This document shows positions 26,563 through 41,309 of a stretch of 64,000 bases of DNA, in pieces. The notes below the pieces were generated by a model. That model was given only the letters and a program-made list of their open reading frames with translations, did not search any database and was not told the origin of the DNA. Position 1 is the first letter of the stretch. Each line of letters begins with the position of its first letter. Source of the DNA: Camelus ferus (Eukaryota); assembly GCF_009834535.1 (NCBI RefSeq), contig NC_045696.1, forward strand, positions 32,366,001 to 32,430,000, written 5' to 3'. Position numbers and translations under genes: made by a program.

Positions 26563-29500
26563 CTGGAGGAAATGACAAATGATATCTTCAAATTATTCAA
26601 AACTTTTAAAAATTTAAAGTTATTCTATTTCTCAATGAAACACATTTTATTACCCAAAAATAACTTTTTGTGGAGATTGAGGACCCTAATAAAGATATTT
26701 CTGAATGAAAGGCTCCAACCTGTTTAGAGAGTAAAGGAGAACATAAATATCCCAGAAGAAAAGTCCTGTATTAGTAGATGCATGAATGGATAATTAATTT
26801 GAGAAGCAAAGCATTATTTCACTAAGAATTGTTTCAATAATTTTAGTTTAAAATATTTACAGAAAGTATAACCCACAACTCCACCTTAATTTAAAAATAC
26901 TGTTTTCAAGGCAGCATTTAAGTTGCATGATATGCCTACCTATTCTATCCTCCAAGAGAAATGATGGTAAAATGAGTACCTTTGAAAATGAATCAGATAA
27001 GTTCAGATAAGCTTCTATGCTTATTTGAAAACTTTAGAACCGTATCTACAAATAACAATAACCCATATTACAAACCACTGATTCTCCTTTCTGGAGATAG
27101 TATCATTGAAGAGCTATCCCAGTTAGTCTGTGAAACCCAATTATTGTTATTTTAGTGGTACTGCAGTATTATTTGCACATAAATGAATATTTTACCAGTG
27201 GAGGAGAGCAAAAGGATAGATCAGCATCCTTGACAATTTCTTTAAAAGTTAAATATACACTTACTACATGATCCAGCCATAGTAGAAATTACTGTGTTAT
27301 GCATTGAAAATGAAGTGTTCCCACATCGGTTGGATCTATTATTCTAAGCTGCTTTCCTTGATAGTGTTCTACTATAGGGACAAGTTTGATGGCCAGAATT
27401 CTATAAGAACTTCATGCTGTCAAACCTATAGGTGATTCCTATCTGTTGAACAAAGCCTGAGAAAGGATCAATAAAAATTCCAAATAATCCTGGCTGATTG
27501 CTCAAAATGTCATTGCAGATAAAACTGTCAATAGTGGGATAGTAGGTGCAAGCTTACTTTATAATGCTGGATCCTGAGAAGTGCAGGCTCTCAAATTTTC
27601 GAACGAGAAAGTAGTAAATATTTAGTGTTATATAATAAGCATAGATCTGTAATATAGGGAGAATTAAATATCCCAATTTAAAAGTGTGTCACACTAGAGA
27701 AATATATCAGAATTAGTGCTAATTAGATAAAAACCTGTGGAAAGTCCTGGTACAGTGGAATCCTTGAAAACTTGTGATGGCAGAGATTCTTCCCTAGGTT
27801 TGTAGACTTGACCTTTTAAATAATGGATAATATGGGGGATATTTACTGAAATTCATTCAAGATGCAACCTGGGTCTATAAATTTGGAGCACTTGGGAGTG
27901 TTATATTATTTTCAATTCCTATTACATAACAATGAAGTGAAATGTGTATATTACTTTAAAATGAAAATTCTACTTTATAAATAACTGACATCTGTGTGAA
28001 ATATGTACTGTGGAGTCCTAAACTGAATTCCATGTACTCTGAGTTTTCTCTGTTATAAAAAGGTTGTGGAAATTCAAATAATTAAAGGAAGATGAAAGAC
28101 TCATTGCTAGCTTGTAGGTAGGATTAAGGATTTGGCTCAAAAACCTCTAAACTGACCTTCTTATCCCCATTTCTTAGCACAGGGCTTGCTATGCATTAAG
28201 TAATTGATGATATTTATAAATCACTGGATAAGTAAATAAACTAGTCTCATTGTCCCATCACTTATAACATTTTCAATACTTTGTAAGTAAACCTCGTTAC
28301 ATATGTAAGAAATTGTTTACATACTGGTTTTTTGCTGTTACTGTAGCTTTTGGCACTCTCTTCTTTTTAGACATGTATGTGCATTGTATCACCCCCTTGA
28401 CTTAATACAACATCCCTATGAGACTTAATCTTTGCATTACACATAGAATAGAATCTTGCAGTGGAAGACTCAATCAGTGTTTAATTATTAATTATAAAGT
28501 AATAAAAGAATGATTGTATGGATGATTTTGAATAAATGGAATATTCATGATATGCTACAATGGTGATATACATAAAAATAATAAGCTTAACTTCTCAAAA
28601 TGCCTACCTCATTCTTCCATTTTTTGTAACATGAGGGAGCCATTTTAATAGTGAGTATGAGAATATACCTCAAGGTGATACTTAGAAAAAAAGGAAAGCA
28701 ATGGTTACATTGTTTGATTACAGACTAAATTTTATATCTACACTATGTCTGTAATGCTTAGGAATAACTTTTTAGTGATAACACTCACTTCTGTGCATGC
28801 AAATTGGGTAATTGTGTATCTAATTGACCACTTAGTTTGTAGTTGAGTAATTATTGTCGTCAACTGCCTCTTTGCGCATTAAATGAAGACCAGGTGAAAA
28901 TGTTAATTAGGTTAATGATTTTAAATAATTTTTGTTATTGAAGAAACATGTTTTTCTGCTCCTGCTGCAGTTTTGAAATTGCTACTGAAAATGTTTTTAA
29001 TATGGCCTTCCAATATTGAGGACACAGATTACAAACTAAAATTCAAATACTTGATTGAGTCAATACATCTCATTAAGGGAATCATTTTATAAAGGTTTAT
29101 CATTAATTCATGAAAAGATATCAATCATGTCTTGAGGTAAGTTGAGAAGAGCTAGTAAGGTGGGACAAGTACTAATTGTCCCAATGATATATTGTGGTTT
29201 TCTATATACTTATGGCCACATTCTTTTCACTTTCTTAGAAAAATCTTAGCACACATAATTAATTTCCTTATAAGCGTGTGCATCAGTGAATGGGTTTGTT
29301 TTTTTAAAATATATAAGTGATAACATAGGACCTTCATTTCCATTAAATATGAAAAAAGTAAATAATTTTATATTAACTATAACTGAAATATAACCAAATA
29401 TTTGCATTTGAAGCAAACAAAAATAATTTGAAGGCCTAGGTTTTTCATCATTTCTGCTAGGATAGCGGAAAACCTTTTATGTAGGCTTGCTTAGTCAACA

Positions 29501-30051
29501 ACTTGTAATCAAATCTCTCCTGGAGCAAATACTGGATGATTTTCTATCATTTTTTTCAAGTTATCAAAACTGCCTCAGGTAGTTGGGTCATTAAATAGCA
29601 ATAGGTATCAACAAAAAGCAGCCTCACATCATTAGTGCTAATGATGTCTCAGGCTTACATCTGAAAAATGACATATGGACATCAGAATAATTTAGGCTGA
29701 TTTCAGTGAGAGATGTTTACTGCAGGATAGTTTGTAACAGCAATTGCCAGCTCAGGAAAAAAGCACAATGGGAAAGATTTCGACAAAAACATTTGTATCA
29801 TAGTATAATAGTGCACTTTTACTGGTCAGCTTAATTTTACCATGACGATAAATTAAAGTTCAGCTCTGACTGGTAACATACACATGTATTAATATATCAT
29901 TAGCTTGATTACTCATTTATTATAGTCAGACTCCTTAGCAAAATGATCCTAAAACTTAACTACATTTTATGATCTTTTAGAGAAGGAACCAATGTTGTTT
30001 CTACCAGTTTTTAAGTGTTAATATATAAGAATGTCTAACAAAGTACCTTAA

Positions 30052-30076
30052 TATCTATCTATCTATCTATCTATCT
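30052..30076. repeat. (TATC)n tetranucleotide microsatellite
   Basis: Direct reading. Confidence 0.95.
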
Positions 30077-30509
30077 AACTAACTAAACTTTTAATATCTT
30101 AATTATTTTCAATTTTAAGAATTAACTTACCTTCCCTTCAAATACTGAGGTTAAATTAAACCATGAAGAAGCCAAGATAGGAGGTGTGGCCACTTTCAAT
30201 CCTTAATGTTGTTTTACATTGAGAGTGAAAAAGTAATATGAAGGGAGATCTCAGAAACCGATTATTCATTGTAATTCAGTGAATTATATTTTCAGAAATT
30301 AATCAAAATAGAACTACCAAGTGACTCAAGTTAACAGGAAAGTATCCCAGCTCAAAATGGAAAAAAGGGAAAAATTACTTGCGGGATTACTTCTATGTTG
30401 TAGACATGGAGCAAAAAAGAGGCAAATAAACAAAATACTGCAAACAAAAGAAATAAAATATTCTTGAAACTAAGTTGTCCTCTCTAACCACAATGATTTT
30501 ACCATTTCC

Positions 30510-31340
30510 AACCTATTTTCACAAATTCACTTTCAGTTCACATCTCAAGTCACTGCAATTTGGCTCACATTCTCCACCAACATAATTCTTTTTTTAAAGC
30601 TGTCACAAGACGCCAATTACCTCCTAATTTCCAAAAGTCAGTGACTTCCAACATTATATCCCTTTAGTATCTGGCACTTTTCTCCATTAAATACTCTCTT
30701 TGATTTTACTACCACCTCCTCCTCAACACTAATCAGACCACTATGCTCTCTTTGTCAAGTCATCTTTTTCTCTGACTATTAAAAGATGGTGTAACCAAGT
30801 TTATAGCTTCTGCCTTTTTATTGTGCCTTTCTGATCTGCTCCTTCTTCTCTGAGGAGTTTGTCCTTTCATATGACTTCCATGATCTATAATTTCTGACAA
30901 GATCTGACTCATGAGTGGTTCGCTAATTTCTGGGACTAGTACATGTCTTTGGAGGCAGTATGGGCATTTTAGAGTCTGTCTGTTCAAGTGAATTATTTTC
31001 TGTTTCCCTTGACAGCATGAATTAAAAGAGTAGGCAAACCACAGTAAAACCACAAAAGACAGACTATCTTCTCTGCATTCCTTGCTTTTTGAATGGTGTT
31101 GATATGTACAAAAACAATAAAATAAAAATCTTGGGTATCTTTGTCCTTCTCATTCACCATCAACCAATTGTATGTCCATACTCCATCCAGTATCCAATTT
31201 TTATAGCTCCCAGTTTCTAAACATATGTTTAGTTTATCAGGTCTTACCTTTCAATATCAATTCACCTCAGGCCATTAACATTAATTTCTGAACTATCATC
31301 AGTCACCTCCTTTAAAGTCCCCTCCTTGAGTGCCTCACCA
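30510..31340 (+). mobile_element. L2 LINE fragment
   Basis: 'cactgcaatttggct...ccaattacctcctaatttccaaa...aaaatcttgggtatctttgtccttctc' follows the decayed L2 pattern. Confidence 0.6.
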
Positions 31341-34029
31341 TATTCAAGTAGAACATTGTGACCTTTCCAAGTTTGTTTCATCCTACCTTTTAATTCTAAC
31401 TCTTGACATTTTCCTGAATATAACTAAAATAAAAGCAGTTTTTTCTTGTGGATATTAACAACAGCTTTAATTCTAGCATGATATAATTTTATTGGTTTTA
31501 GACAGATTAAATTATAATTAGTAATATAAAGTTAACAATAATGAAAAAATTATTTGATTGTTAATTTATATTTTAGACCATCAAAATCACATTTTCAGAA
31601 AGCTTAATGGCAACTCCTAGTTTTTCTCACTTCAATTTTTTTTAATAAAAATGTTTTTAAATATATGTTAACAACAGAGCTGAAGAATACTCTTCAGTTT
31701 TTATTGTAAAATATAAGATTTATGTTTTCAACTATAAACCTGGATTACTTAATTAGAATAGTCAAGTAGAAATTATTACATTCAGCAATGAATATCAATG
31801 ATTTTTTTTTCAAGAAGTAAATATAAGAAGGAAGAATTTTATGTTACTAAGAAGTAAATATGAAATTGTTCATAGTTTACCTTCAAAGAATTAAAAATGA
31901 AAACTTTATATATAGAGATCTTAGGGTTTTTAATAATATCTTGCCATTTTAAAGATATAATTTTTCTTAAAGTTGATAAAAATACCAAAATCATAGCAAG
32001 GAACAGTTGCTATATATACAGTTTACTTGTATATTTCATTACTAGAATTGTACCATTTAAATGAAGACATACTTAATATTTTGGCCATCCATCTACCATC
32101 TTGCCCCTGACATGGCACTGGCCAATAACAATTGGTTTAAAAACCAAGAAATAAAAATGTTAAACTGTCGAGATGTGTTAGCTTCAGACTCAGGCAAACA
32201 TTCATATTTTAATGTGATGATTAATCTGAATTCCAATATGTGGCACAGTGAAAATGATATGGCTTAAATCTAATTTTAATTTTGAATAATAGTTTAAATA
32301 GTAAGACAGTTTACAATTTCCAAGATTCCTCTAAGTATATTAATTGTCTCAAGGAATGACATTGTGAGCTAAGTCATATACATCATTGTTAATTGGTGGT
32401 ATGGAAAAACATGAAATAAATATTTACATATATTGCTATAATTGGATTTTTTTAAAGCCTAGAGAATGAAGGACATAACCTAGTTACCCTTTCTGACCTT
32501 CAAATAACTATTCATTATAGTATTTCTGCCCTCAGGTGAACCTGCTTAACAAGAAAACTAATTCAAACTCTTTCTAGATACTAGTTGCCATTTTGACAGT
32601 CTAGCCATAGCATAAATGAAGCAAATGGGCCCAGATCTAAGTATTTTTGCATTCTAAAAAATTCTAAACACTCAGAGCATAAGCCTTGATCCTGAGTAAT
32701 AGAGTGTGCAGATGGCAGGCTACATGAACATTTATTTGAAATAGAATTTTTACTTTCTCCATCTTCACTCTTTTCCTTATTTCATAGGTTCTTTGTCTTA
32801 CAGGCCCTATTTATAAATAATGCTGTGACATTCATATAGTCTCACATATTTTTAATCTCTTGGAACCATTTCTGTATTAGTATCTAGACATTATACTTTA
32901 GGGAGATATTTACAGTGTTAGAAACATATTGCATTTTGTTACAGTCATTCAAAATACTGCCTTAAGCATCACTGCCGCCATCAGCGCCTCTGCATATGCC
33001 AAGTATCTGGAAAGATCTATTAACAGACGCCTGCTTACTCCAAAGTGATATTAGCATTCCTTATCAGGCTGAATTAATTGATTGAGTATAGTAGGGGAAT
33101 GACTTGCATAGAAGATGTGTGTGCCTGCAGGAACAGCAAGCCTTATCAGCTGGTTACATATAAGCTTTTTTACATTAGAATTGTATGTCTCATGTCACTG
33201 GCAGAGTCTAGTGCTCTGTACACAAAGAAGATACTTATTAGATACATGCTGATTTTGGTCTGTTTAATGGAAACAGTTTAGTAACTCTTTAATACAATCC
33301 ATCCTTATACCTAGATGTTCTTCTAACAGTATGTTTAATTTTGTTTAACAGTTATATTAGTTGCGGACAACCTTCATATGAAGTAATCTGCACAATAATC
33401 CTGGACAGGCCAATAATATAATAATAATTTAATAATTGTCATCATTATTGTAACAACAACTTACATTACATAATGTTGCAATGAGGTTTTTATACTTGCA
33501 ATATTTTATTTAATTCAGTAAAAACCCTGTGAGATAGGTAATCTTTTCTGCTACAGAGCACATTCTTAATAACTGTTAATTTCATCCATTTTCAGTAGAT
33601 TATTGAATTTCCCAGTTATGAGCTAGGATGTGGCAAAATCTGAACAAAACTACAGTTTTGCCAACTCCCAAGTATTTTTTCTGGTTCTTGATATTCTTAC
33701 CATGGACTATACTACAAGTACTAATGCAATGACAGTGATGATGAAAGACATTAGATTTTGGCTCTAGATTATTCTAGAATTCCACTGAATTTCAGTTCTT
33801 GAGTAGGATAAAGTAAAATTGAGTGTACATCACTTGTGTTTTATTTATCATGCCTATATCTGCTAAACCACGAGAGTTAGCAATAGTAGACAGTTAAGTT
33901 TTAAATAATATCTTTAAGTTTTATCAAGTCTTTAGAATGTAAAAAAAGGTAGATGAGGCCAAGAAGAATTTTACGTATCTGAGATAATTTAAAATGCCTT
34001 TGCACCACTCTGAAAAGTTTAAATCTGAT

Positions 34030-34197
34030 AGCTAACCTTTATGACACAGTGAGGCTGTGTAAAATATTCAACTCCACTTTTGTGAGCCTAGATTGGAAAA
34101 CAGAGATAATAAACCCATTTTATATTTATGTGCAAAGCACTCTGTACTCTATGTCTGGCATACAGTAAATATTCATCAAATGTCAGATATTACTATT
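34030..34197 (+). mobile_element. MIR SINE fragment
   Basis: 'aaaacagagataataa...tgtgcaaagcact...tgtctggcatacagtaaatattcatcaaatgtcagatattactat'. Confidence 0.6.
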
Positions 34198-37100
34198 TGA
34201 ATAAAAATAAATACTGCAGACAAATTAGCCTAGTATATTTAAATAATAAAAATATCTCTAATAACCTAGCTAAAGACAAGCTATTAAAGGATAGATTTTA
34301 AAATATTGAAAGAAAAATATACCTCTATAACTGCATATAATGCATACCAAATAAATAAGGACTGTATCTTTCTAATTTACTATCTCTGGTTTCTTGAGTC
34401 ATTTCTTATTATTGGGATATCTTGGTCTCCTCAGAAGTAGAAATTTATGCAAACATTTTCATCTTTTTTTTTTTCTGTGCCCTTTGCCTCTTTCTGTTCC
34501 CTTTTTCTTTCTTTCTCCATTTTACTGCTTATTCTATTTTTAAAAAATATTTTCTTCAGGTGACACAGCATGAACCTATAGGCATTATCCCAAGTCACTA
34601 GGACAATTTTTGTGGAGTAATTGAGTTTCCAAAATGCTTTCAGTGACTTGGTATCATTAGGCTGTGCTAATTGCTTCTAAGGAATTGACTACAAGCCAAA
34701 TTTACCCGAAGTTTAGGATAATTCTTTTTATAAAGGAAATCCTGGATTCTTCTATTTCTAAGAGTTCTTCTATTTCTAAGATCTCTTCTGACATTTTTAA
34801 TCATTCTATTTTTATAATCAATGATATACCTGTAATGCATAAGTAAATAAATGTCATGATTAAGGACAAAGATAATTATGGCTTCTTAATAAAGGAATAT
34901 AATATATTTTATTATTTTTCTAGAGCATAGTCAAGATAACTGAATACATGTGAAAGTTTTCTTCTACCAAGTGAGTCAGTGGAGATGGGTACATTAATTT
35001 GAATAATAGGTTAAAAATTACCTGAAAAAGTGCATCTTAATGCTATATATTTTTAAAAAGCATTGCATATAATGATATGAATATAGCTTAGGAAATATTG
35101 AATTTCTAATAGTAGAATCCATTTGGCTACAGCTCTTTATAAAGAAATAAAACCGCTAAAAATTAAAGCCTCTGCTATGTGATGTTTAACAGGAAATTTT
35201 ACAACCACATAATGTTCTCTGCAATTTCCACAGGAAGAAATTTTAGGGATTATAAAGAACATTTTTTTGCCTTGTGGTAGCTTCTAGACTAAGTGCTAAT
35301 TCAATAAGCTACAGCCTTTGTGTGTGTGTGTTCATAGCACATATAGGCATAGATAGACAAATATAGGTACATATATGTGTACCTATAAACATATATTTGT
35401 ATATATTCAAAAAAATCTTTTTCTTAATTAGTACTTGCATTTTGAATGTGTATTCCACAGTGCCTTTTCTTTCTTCTTTCTTTCTTTTTTTTTTTTTTTT
35501 TTTTTTTTGGTTTAATTTATTGAACCCAGGATAGTAGAACTTTTCTGATCACCTCAGGATTGATAAAAATGATTGGAAAAACATTTAGGTTTTACATCCT
35601 TAAAAGTATCTCTGGAAGCCATGGGAAATATTGTCAGTTTATATGGTTGTTTTTATTTGAAGGCCCATCCACAGAATTTAATAATTTTCTGAGGTGATGA
35701 ATTTATGAAATCCCTGAAGAATAATCACCACTGTCTTTGGAGATTAATTATTGTGTTATTTGCTGTCATTGATGAAGCTTTTTATCTCATCTTGCATATA
35801 TTCTGCCAAGTTCCTTCTACCCTCAAATTACCTTTAGTTAAAGGCTTGCAGGGTTGGGGAATTTATCAGCAAAAACCTAGGATTTTGCATTTTTGTAATA
35901 CTAAAGACTTAGTCATTGTGTTGCAGGTCTCAGGCCCCAATTCAACAATGATATTAATATTTATTGTTCAAGCTCTTTTTTTTTTATGTTTATGCCCCAG
36001 TTCTCTCTCTCTTTTCCTTCTTTCAAAGCTTGCCACAAAATAAAGTGATAAAAATGAAATCAGCAACATATAGAACATAAAAAAACTAAACTAAAATTTT
36101 TCAACTGATGGTGAAGAATCTAAAAATGTTCTAATTAGAATTTTTAGACAAGTATTTATTATATCAAGACATTGGATTAAAGAGAGGAATGAGAAGGAAG
36201 TGAAATACAATTATAGATTAAAGAGTATTATTAAACTTGATTAGTATAAATATGCCTTATTATCAAAAGAGACATTAATTTATAGAACACTGGACTGTGA
36301 ACTCTAAAAATGTTGAGATAATGTGCTTGGCTCAACTATATCTGTCCGTGTTTGGCAAAAAATAAAACACTTAGGAAAAAGAAGTTGGAAGAATTGCTAA
36401 ATGCAGCATATATAAATCCAATGAAAGATAAGAAATCAGAGTGATTAATATCCCTTTGCATGTATGAAGCTTAAAAATGAACTGAAACATAATGACTTCC
36501 AAAGACAAGAAGAATAAAGGAGCTTAAATAAGGATTTTTTTTTTCAATAAGCATTTATAGAACGATTATATGTCAGTTACTGAGCTGGACATTAGAAATA
36601 CATATTAATACAAAGACCCTAACAAATATGTTTCTACTGAAGAAGAAATTTGATCACCTGAAAGAAAGATGAATTGCAAGTTGTAAAAACTTTTTAGGTT
36701 CATAGTCAAAAATGCAAAATTTACTCTTTGATATGGAAATTTTACTTTTTTAAATATGAAATTATAGAATATTATAACTTCTTTATTCAAATATATATAG
36801 ATTATTGCCTTTATTATTTAATAATCAACTGTTTATTAAAAATGACATATTAGATTAGAGACAGTCAAGACACAACAAAAAAGTCTCACTCAGAGGAAGA
36901 GTCACATAAACAAAAAGCATGTAAAGAATGATTTTCAAGTTTCTCACAAAGGAATATTCTTCGGCAGGCCTTGTAAGATTAGAGTAGGGGATGCGGTATT
37001 ACTCAATGTGGTCTTTGACCCTTGTTCATTGTATTTGGGCAGGCTCTGCTTTAGACCCGTATTCTCTTCTTTTAAGAGGAGTTATCTCAATTTTTAAAAC

Positions 37101-37830
37101 CAAATCTTACAAAGTGGAAGGTGAGGTAGGAGTAGGAATGCGTTTTTACCATACACAAGCATATCTGAAATTGTGAAGATTTCTACCCCAAGCTGTGACA
37201 CAACAAGAAGAGAATCATATATATGTCATGTGAGGGCACATCTGTAGCTGGGATTAGGAATTACTTCTTAGAAAGGATTGCTTCTCTCCCTTTCTTTAAT
37301 CAGTCAAGCTCTAGTCCCTTCTTATTTGTCCTCCTCAGCCCCACCATTGGCCATTCTTCCTTCAGCATCAGTATTTTGTTTAGTGTGACCATATCTTACT
37401 ACAAAAAGAGTTCACAAAAATACGCTGTTGATAACCACTGACTTAGGGTAATAACACTTGTATTAACAAATAAACACCTAAATTACTATCTGTTTTTATC
37501 TATTACCTTCCTATATCCTTTTTTTCTTGGCAATAGTTTATCTTATACATTACTTTATATGTAAATGGCACTTTATGCAGTCAGCTTTCACATTCTCTAA
37601 AATTCTACAACCACTGAGTAAATACTTATTAAATTGAATATATTTTTAGCATTCTCCAACTGTATCTTCACTATCCCAGTGTTTACAAAAATATCCCAGT
37701 CTTTATTTTCAGACCACGTTATACAAATTGAGCTTTACATTATAGGCTTGTCAACCTTCAGATCTTAAATTAGTATTAAAACATAATAGATGAGCACTGC
37801 TTTTTTCATAATGCACTGCAAAATCTAGAC

Positions 37831-37960
37831 CAGTAGTTCTCAGCTGAGGGTGGTTTGCCCTCAGGAGACATTATTGAATGTTGAGGATGCGAGTGCTATA
37901 GGCATCGAGTGGGTGAGCCTCCCACAACACAGAATTACCTGTGTCAAGTGTGGGCATACT
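37831..37960 (+). mobile_element. MER20, internally deleted
   Basis: 'cagtagttctcagctgagggtggtttgccctcaggagacatt...gtgctataggcatcgagtgggt...cccacaacacagaattacctg'. Confidence 0.8.
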
Positions 37961-37974
37961 TCTCCATAATGATC

Positions 37975-38150
37975 CACAATATTTCATTTAATCCTCACAA
38001 GAATACTTGGAGGTACATAGTAATATATCAAGTTTTATTGCTAGGAAAACTAAACCAAAGAGAGGTTATGTAACATTTCCAAATTCATAGAACTAGAATA
38101 GGAACTCATATAATCTGGACCTAGAAATCTCTTGCTTAACACTATTCTAG
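37975..38150 (-). mobile_element. MIR SINE
   Basis: 'tttcatttaatcctcacaa...ggaaaactaaaccaaagagaggttatgtaacatttccaaattcatag'. Confidence 0.7.
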
Positions 38151-40414
38151 AGTCTCTCCATATCTTCTAGAATTATTTCCTTCAAGTTATACACTGAGCA
38201 CCAAATCTTTTATAGCACCTTTCTTTTATAAATAAGAACAATATAAGAATTTCTTTTTCCCCTACTCTTCTCCAATCAATTGATAAATCTTCCATACAGT
38301 GCAGCAGATAAATCATCCATCTAACCAATCAGCATTCTCTGAGTCCCTGTTCTGTTTCAGGAAAATATTAGGTTGCGGACTAAAAAGAAGAGTAGAAGAT
38401 GAACAATATAACTAAGATAAACCAACACTCAGTTGCACTGCTTCAATAGCATCTACTAAGGCAATTCATAAAAGAGAATCTAAGAGTGTTTGAATCAGGG
38501 AGAAAACTTTCAAAAAGAAGCTGTATTGTATTTGAGCTTTTTACCGTGCCCTTGATTTATTTATGAATTATCTTGTTTTTGTATCAGTTCCACCTTCATA
38601 ACCTCTTTCCTTTTTCAATTTTTGATTTGATTAAATTCCTTACATATTTATTGAAAATGTACTGTGTATTTAGCTCTTTGCTAGACATTTTGCTGGAATT
38701 ATTTTACAGAGCTTTTGCCTGTAAAATGATAAAAATCTAGTTAAAGAGACAAGGCATGATTATACTAAAAGTTACATAATAGAAAAATAATATGAATGAT
38801 CTTAAAGTAGTGTATGATTAAATGTTACAATAATTACAGGGATAGTCAAAAAAAAAATCTGAGTCCAAAAATGCAGAGTTTTTTTGTTTTGTTTTCTTTT
38901 GTTTTTAGGATGCAAAGAGCAGGGAAGTATTTGAGTAAAGATGGGACATAAATTAGACTTACATAGATTGGTTACTGTAAGTAAACGGGGAATGGGAAGG
39001 TTTCTAGGCCATTAAGACCAAGCGGAATTAAGTCCCAAGGTGTGAGAGTGAGCATGAAGTTTCTCATGCAAATACTTTCTCTGTTTATTTGTAAAAAGTA
39101 GATTATAAATATATATTTCAAAAGATATGATCGCTCCTTAATATCTGCATTGGTCAGCTCATAGGAAATTCGTTAACTTTGGTTACACTTGCACATTATA
39201 TATGTAGACTGATTTGCTCACTAAACAATGAACTGTGACTACTGGCTGGACACAGTGAAGCTAGGGATAGACCCAGTTCTTAAATTTACCTCGTTAGGAA
39301 CACTCTCTTTCCATTTTGTCAATCTAACAAAGTCTGGTAAGAATATTATAATTCATATACATCAAATGTACTCAGATAATTTGTCAGATAATATCTCTGG
39401 AGACTGGTCTCAATGAAAGATGATTATTCTAGCAGTTACAAGTAAGGGCTCCGAAGTTAGATTAAAATGCTTAAATCCCAGTGAGGCTTTTTGGTTTCTA
39501 CTTTAAAATTGGCACCAGGATTATAAAAATTAGTATACATGTTAAAATATAGTATGTAGCACAGTGTCTACTGCATAGTAAAGATTCGGTGCATATTTAA
39601 ATCATTTTATTTTGTTTTGATAATAGTGATGAGCCAAATCTAAGTTTCTAAGATTGCAAAAATGTAACATTTTAAACAATTTTATTAATTCATGTTTATC
39701 TAGTGATGGATAAATTTGGAGGTTATTTGATTTTAGAAACTTAGAATTTTTAATGATTCAATACCTGTCATTAGTATATTAGTTACAAACTATTATGTTT
39801 TCACCTCTAAACAAAAGATATATACAAACCTCTGCTTCGTGAAATTCTGTGTACATACGTGGAACAAGACAAACTTGTACATCTTGGGGTAACCCTCACA
39901 GAGGAATTTAGCTTGGGAAGTGGATTTTTTTAATGGCGTTTCACCAAATAATTTAGTTTTACTGGAAAGATCAAATGTTATGATTATTTATGGGAATTTC
40001 ATTTGAGTATATCTAACAACTTTTTCTTCCAAATAGCAGATCAGTAAAGATGACCTGTATGACTTAATGCCCCTAATGCTCCTCCCAGCCCTCTGCATGC
40101 CTATCTGTCTATCTGTTTACCTATCTGGATATGCAGTGTGATCTTTAATTAAGCAAGTTATTGTACACATTTTTCAAGACCTGATTCCTGCAAAGACAGA
40201 AAGGTTATTGAAAATAACTCAGGCTCTTAGATGATTTTTGTACAATTTCCAGAAGCCATTTCACCTTGTTTTCTTGAATGTGATACTCAGTTATTGGCAA
40301 AAAAAGAAGACTGCTTGGTTTTTAAAAAATAGAGCAGGGCCTGATTCCAAAAGTGATTTTTTAGTAATTTTCAAATGTTAACCTTTCAAGTGTATAATTT
40401 TCTGAGGACCAGTT

Positions 40415-40640
40415 ACTCATTCAAATCATTTCAAAGAGTAAACACAGCCTAGAAACACTAAATGTTTACCATCTAAGGCTTGTGATAAATGCTATGGAGG
40501 ATACTAATGATCCAGAAAAAAAAGTTTTTTTACTTTAATGATTTTGTAACTTCAGCGAAGGAACGAAACAGACATAACTATAACATACAAGAAAATAAAA
40601 TAAAAGACCTTTAAGGGATACAAGACTGCTCAAGGAAATT
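40415..40640 (-). mobile_element. L2 3' end fragment
   Basis: 'actcattcaaatcatt...aaatgtttaccatct...tgtgataaatgctatggaggatac'. Confidence 0.5.
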
Positions 40641-41309
40641 GTAAAGTGTTTTGGGAGAAAATGAATGTGAAAGGAATGATGATACAAACAAGACAAAAAG
40701 TCGTGAGGATGGACTTAAACAAAAGGCAGGATTAGAAAGACACGTAGGACATTGGGGAAATAGCAAATAACCTCAGGTTTACCCTGAGATCAGAAGGCAG
40801 TGGAAGTCTCTACTCAGCGCAGTCTTATGCTAGAAGATGCAGGGATGTTTTGAGGCTTATTGGTAAACTTGCTATTTTAAATAAGCAATTTTTCTTCTCC
40901 AGTATCCCTTCCTTCCCTTTCCTCCTTTTTTTATCCTTTCTTCTTCCTTCTTTTTCCTCTCCTTTCTTCTTTCCCTTCTTATTTCTAATGAGGGCTAATT
41001 TAAAAAGAAAAGAAAAGAAGCCTAAAGAGGTCTAGAAACTACAGGAACCAAGCAAGGAAGGTGGCCAGGCAATGTGACTGCTTAGTGGTTGTCAGCACTT
41101 ATCAAGGAAGGAGGCTGAGTCAGGAGGCAGCCGGACAGCTCGGGCAGTTTAGGAGATTGGTTACAAACAGCGAAAATAATATATTTGAGGCTAATATGAG
41201 CCAGGATTCTCACAGTTGGAGAAATAAATTACAAATATGGAAAGCCTGAATAAACCCCAAGACTTGTGAGCTTTATCCTTAGTTATTGCGATTTTTCATA
41301 TAGATTGAT

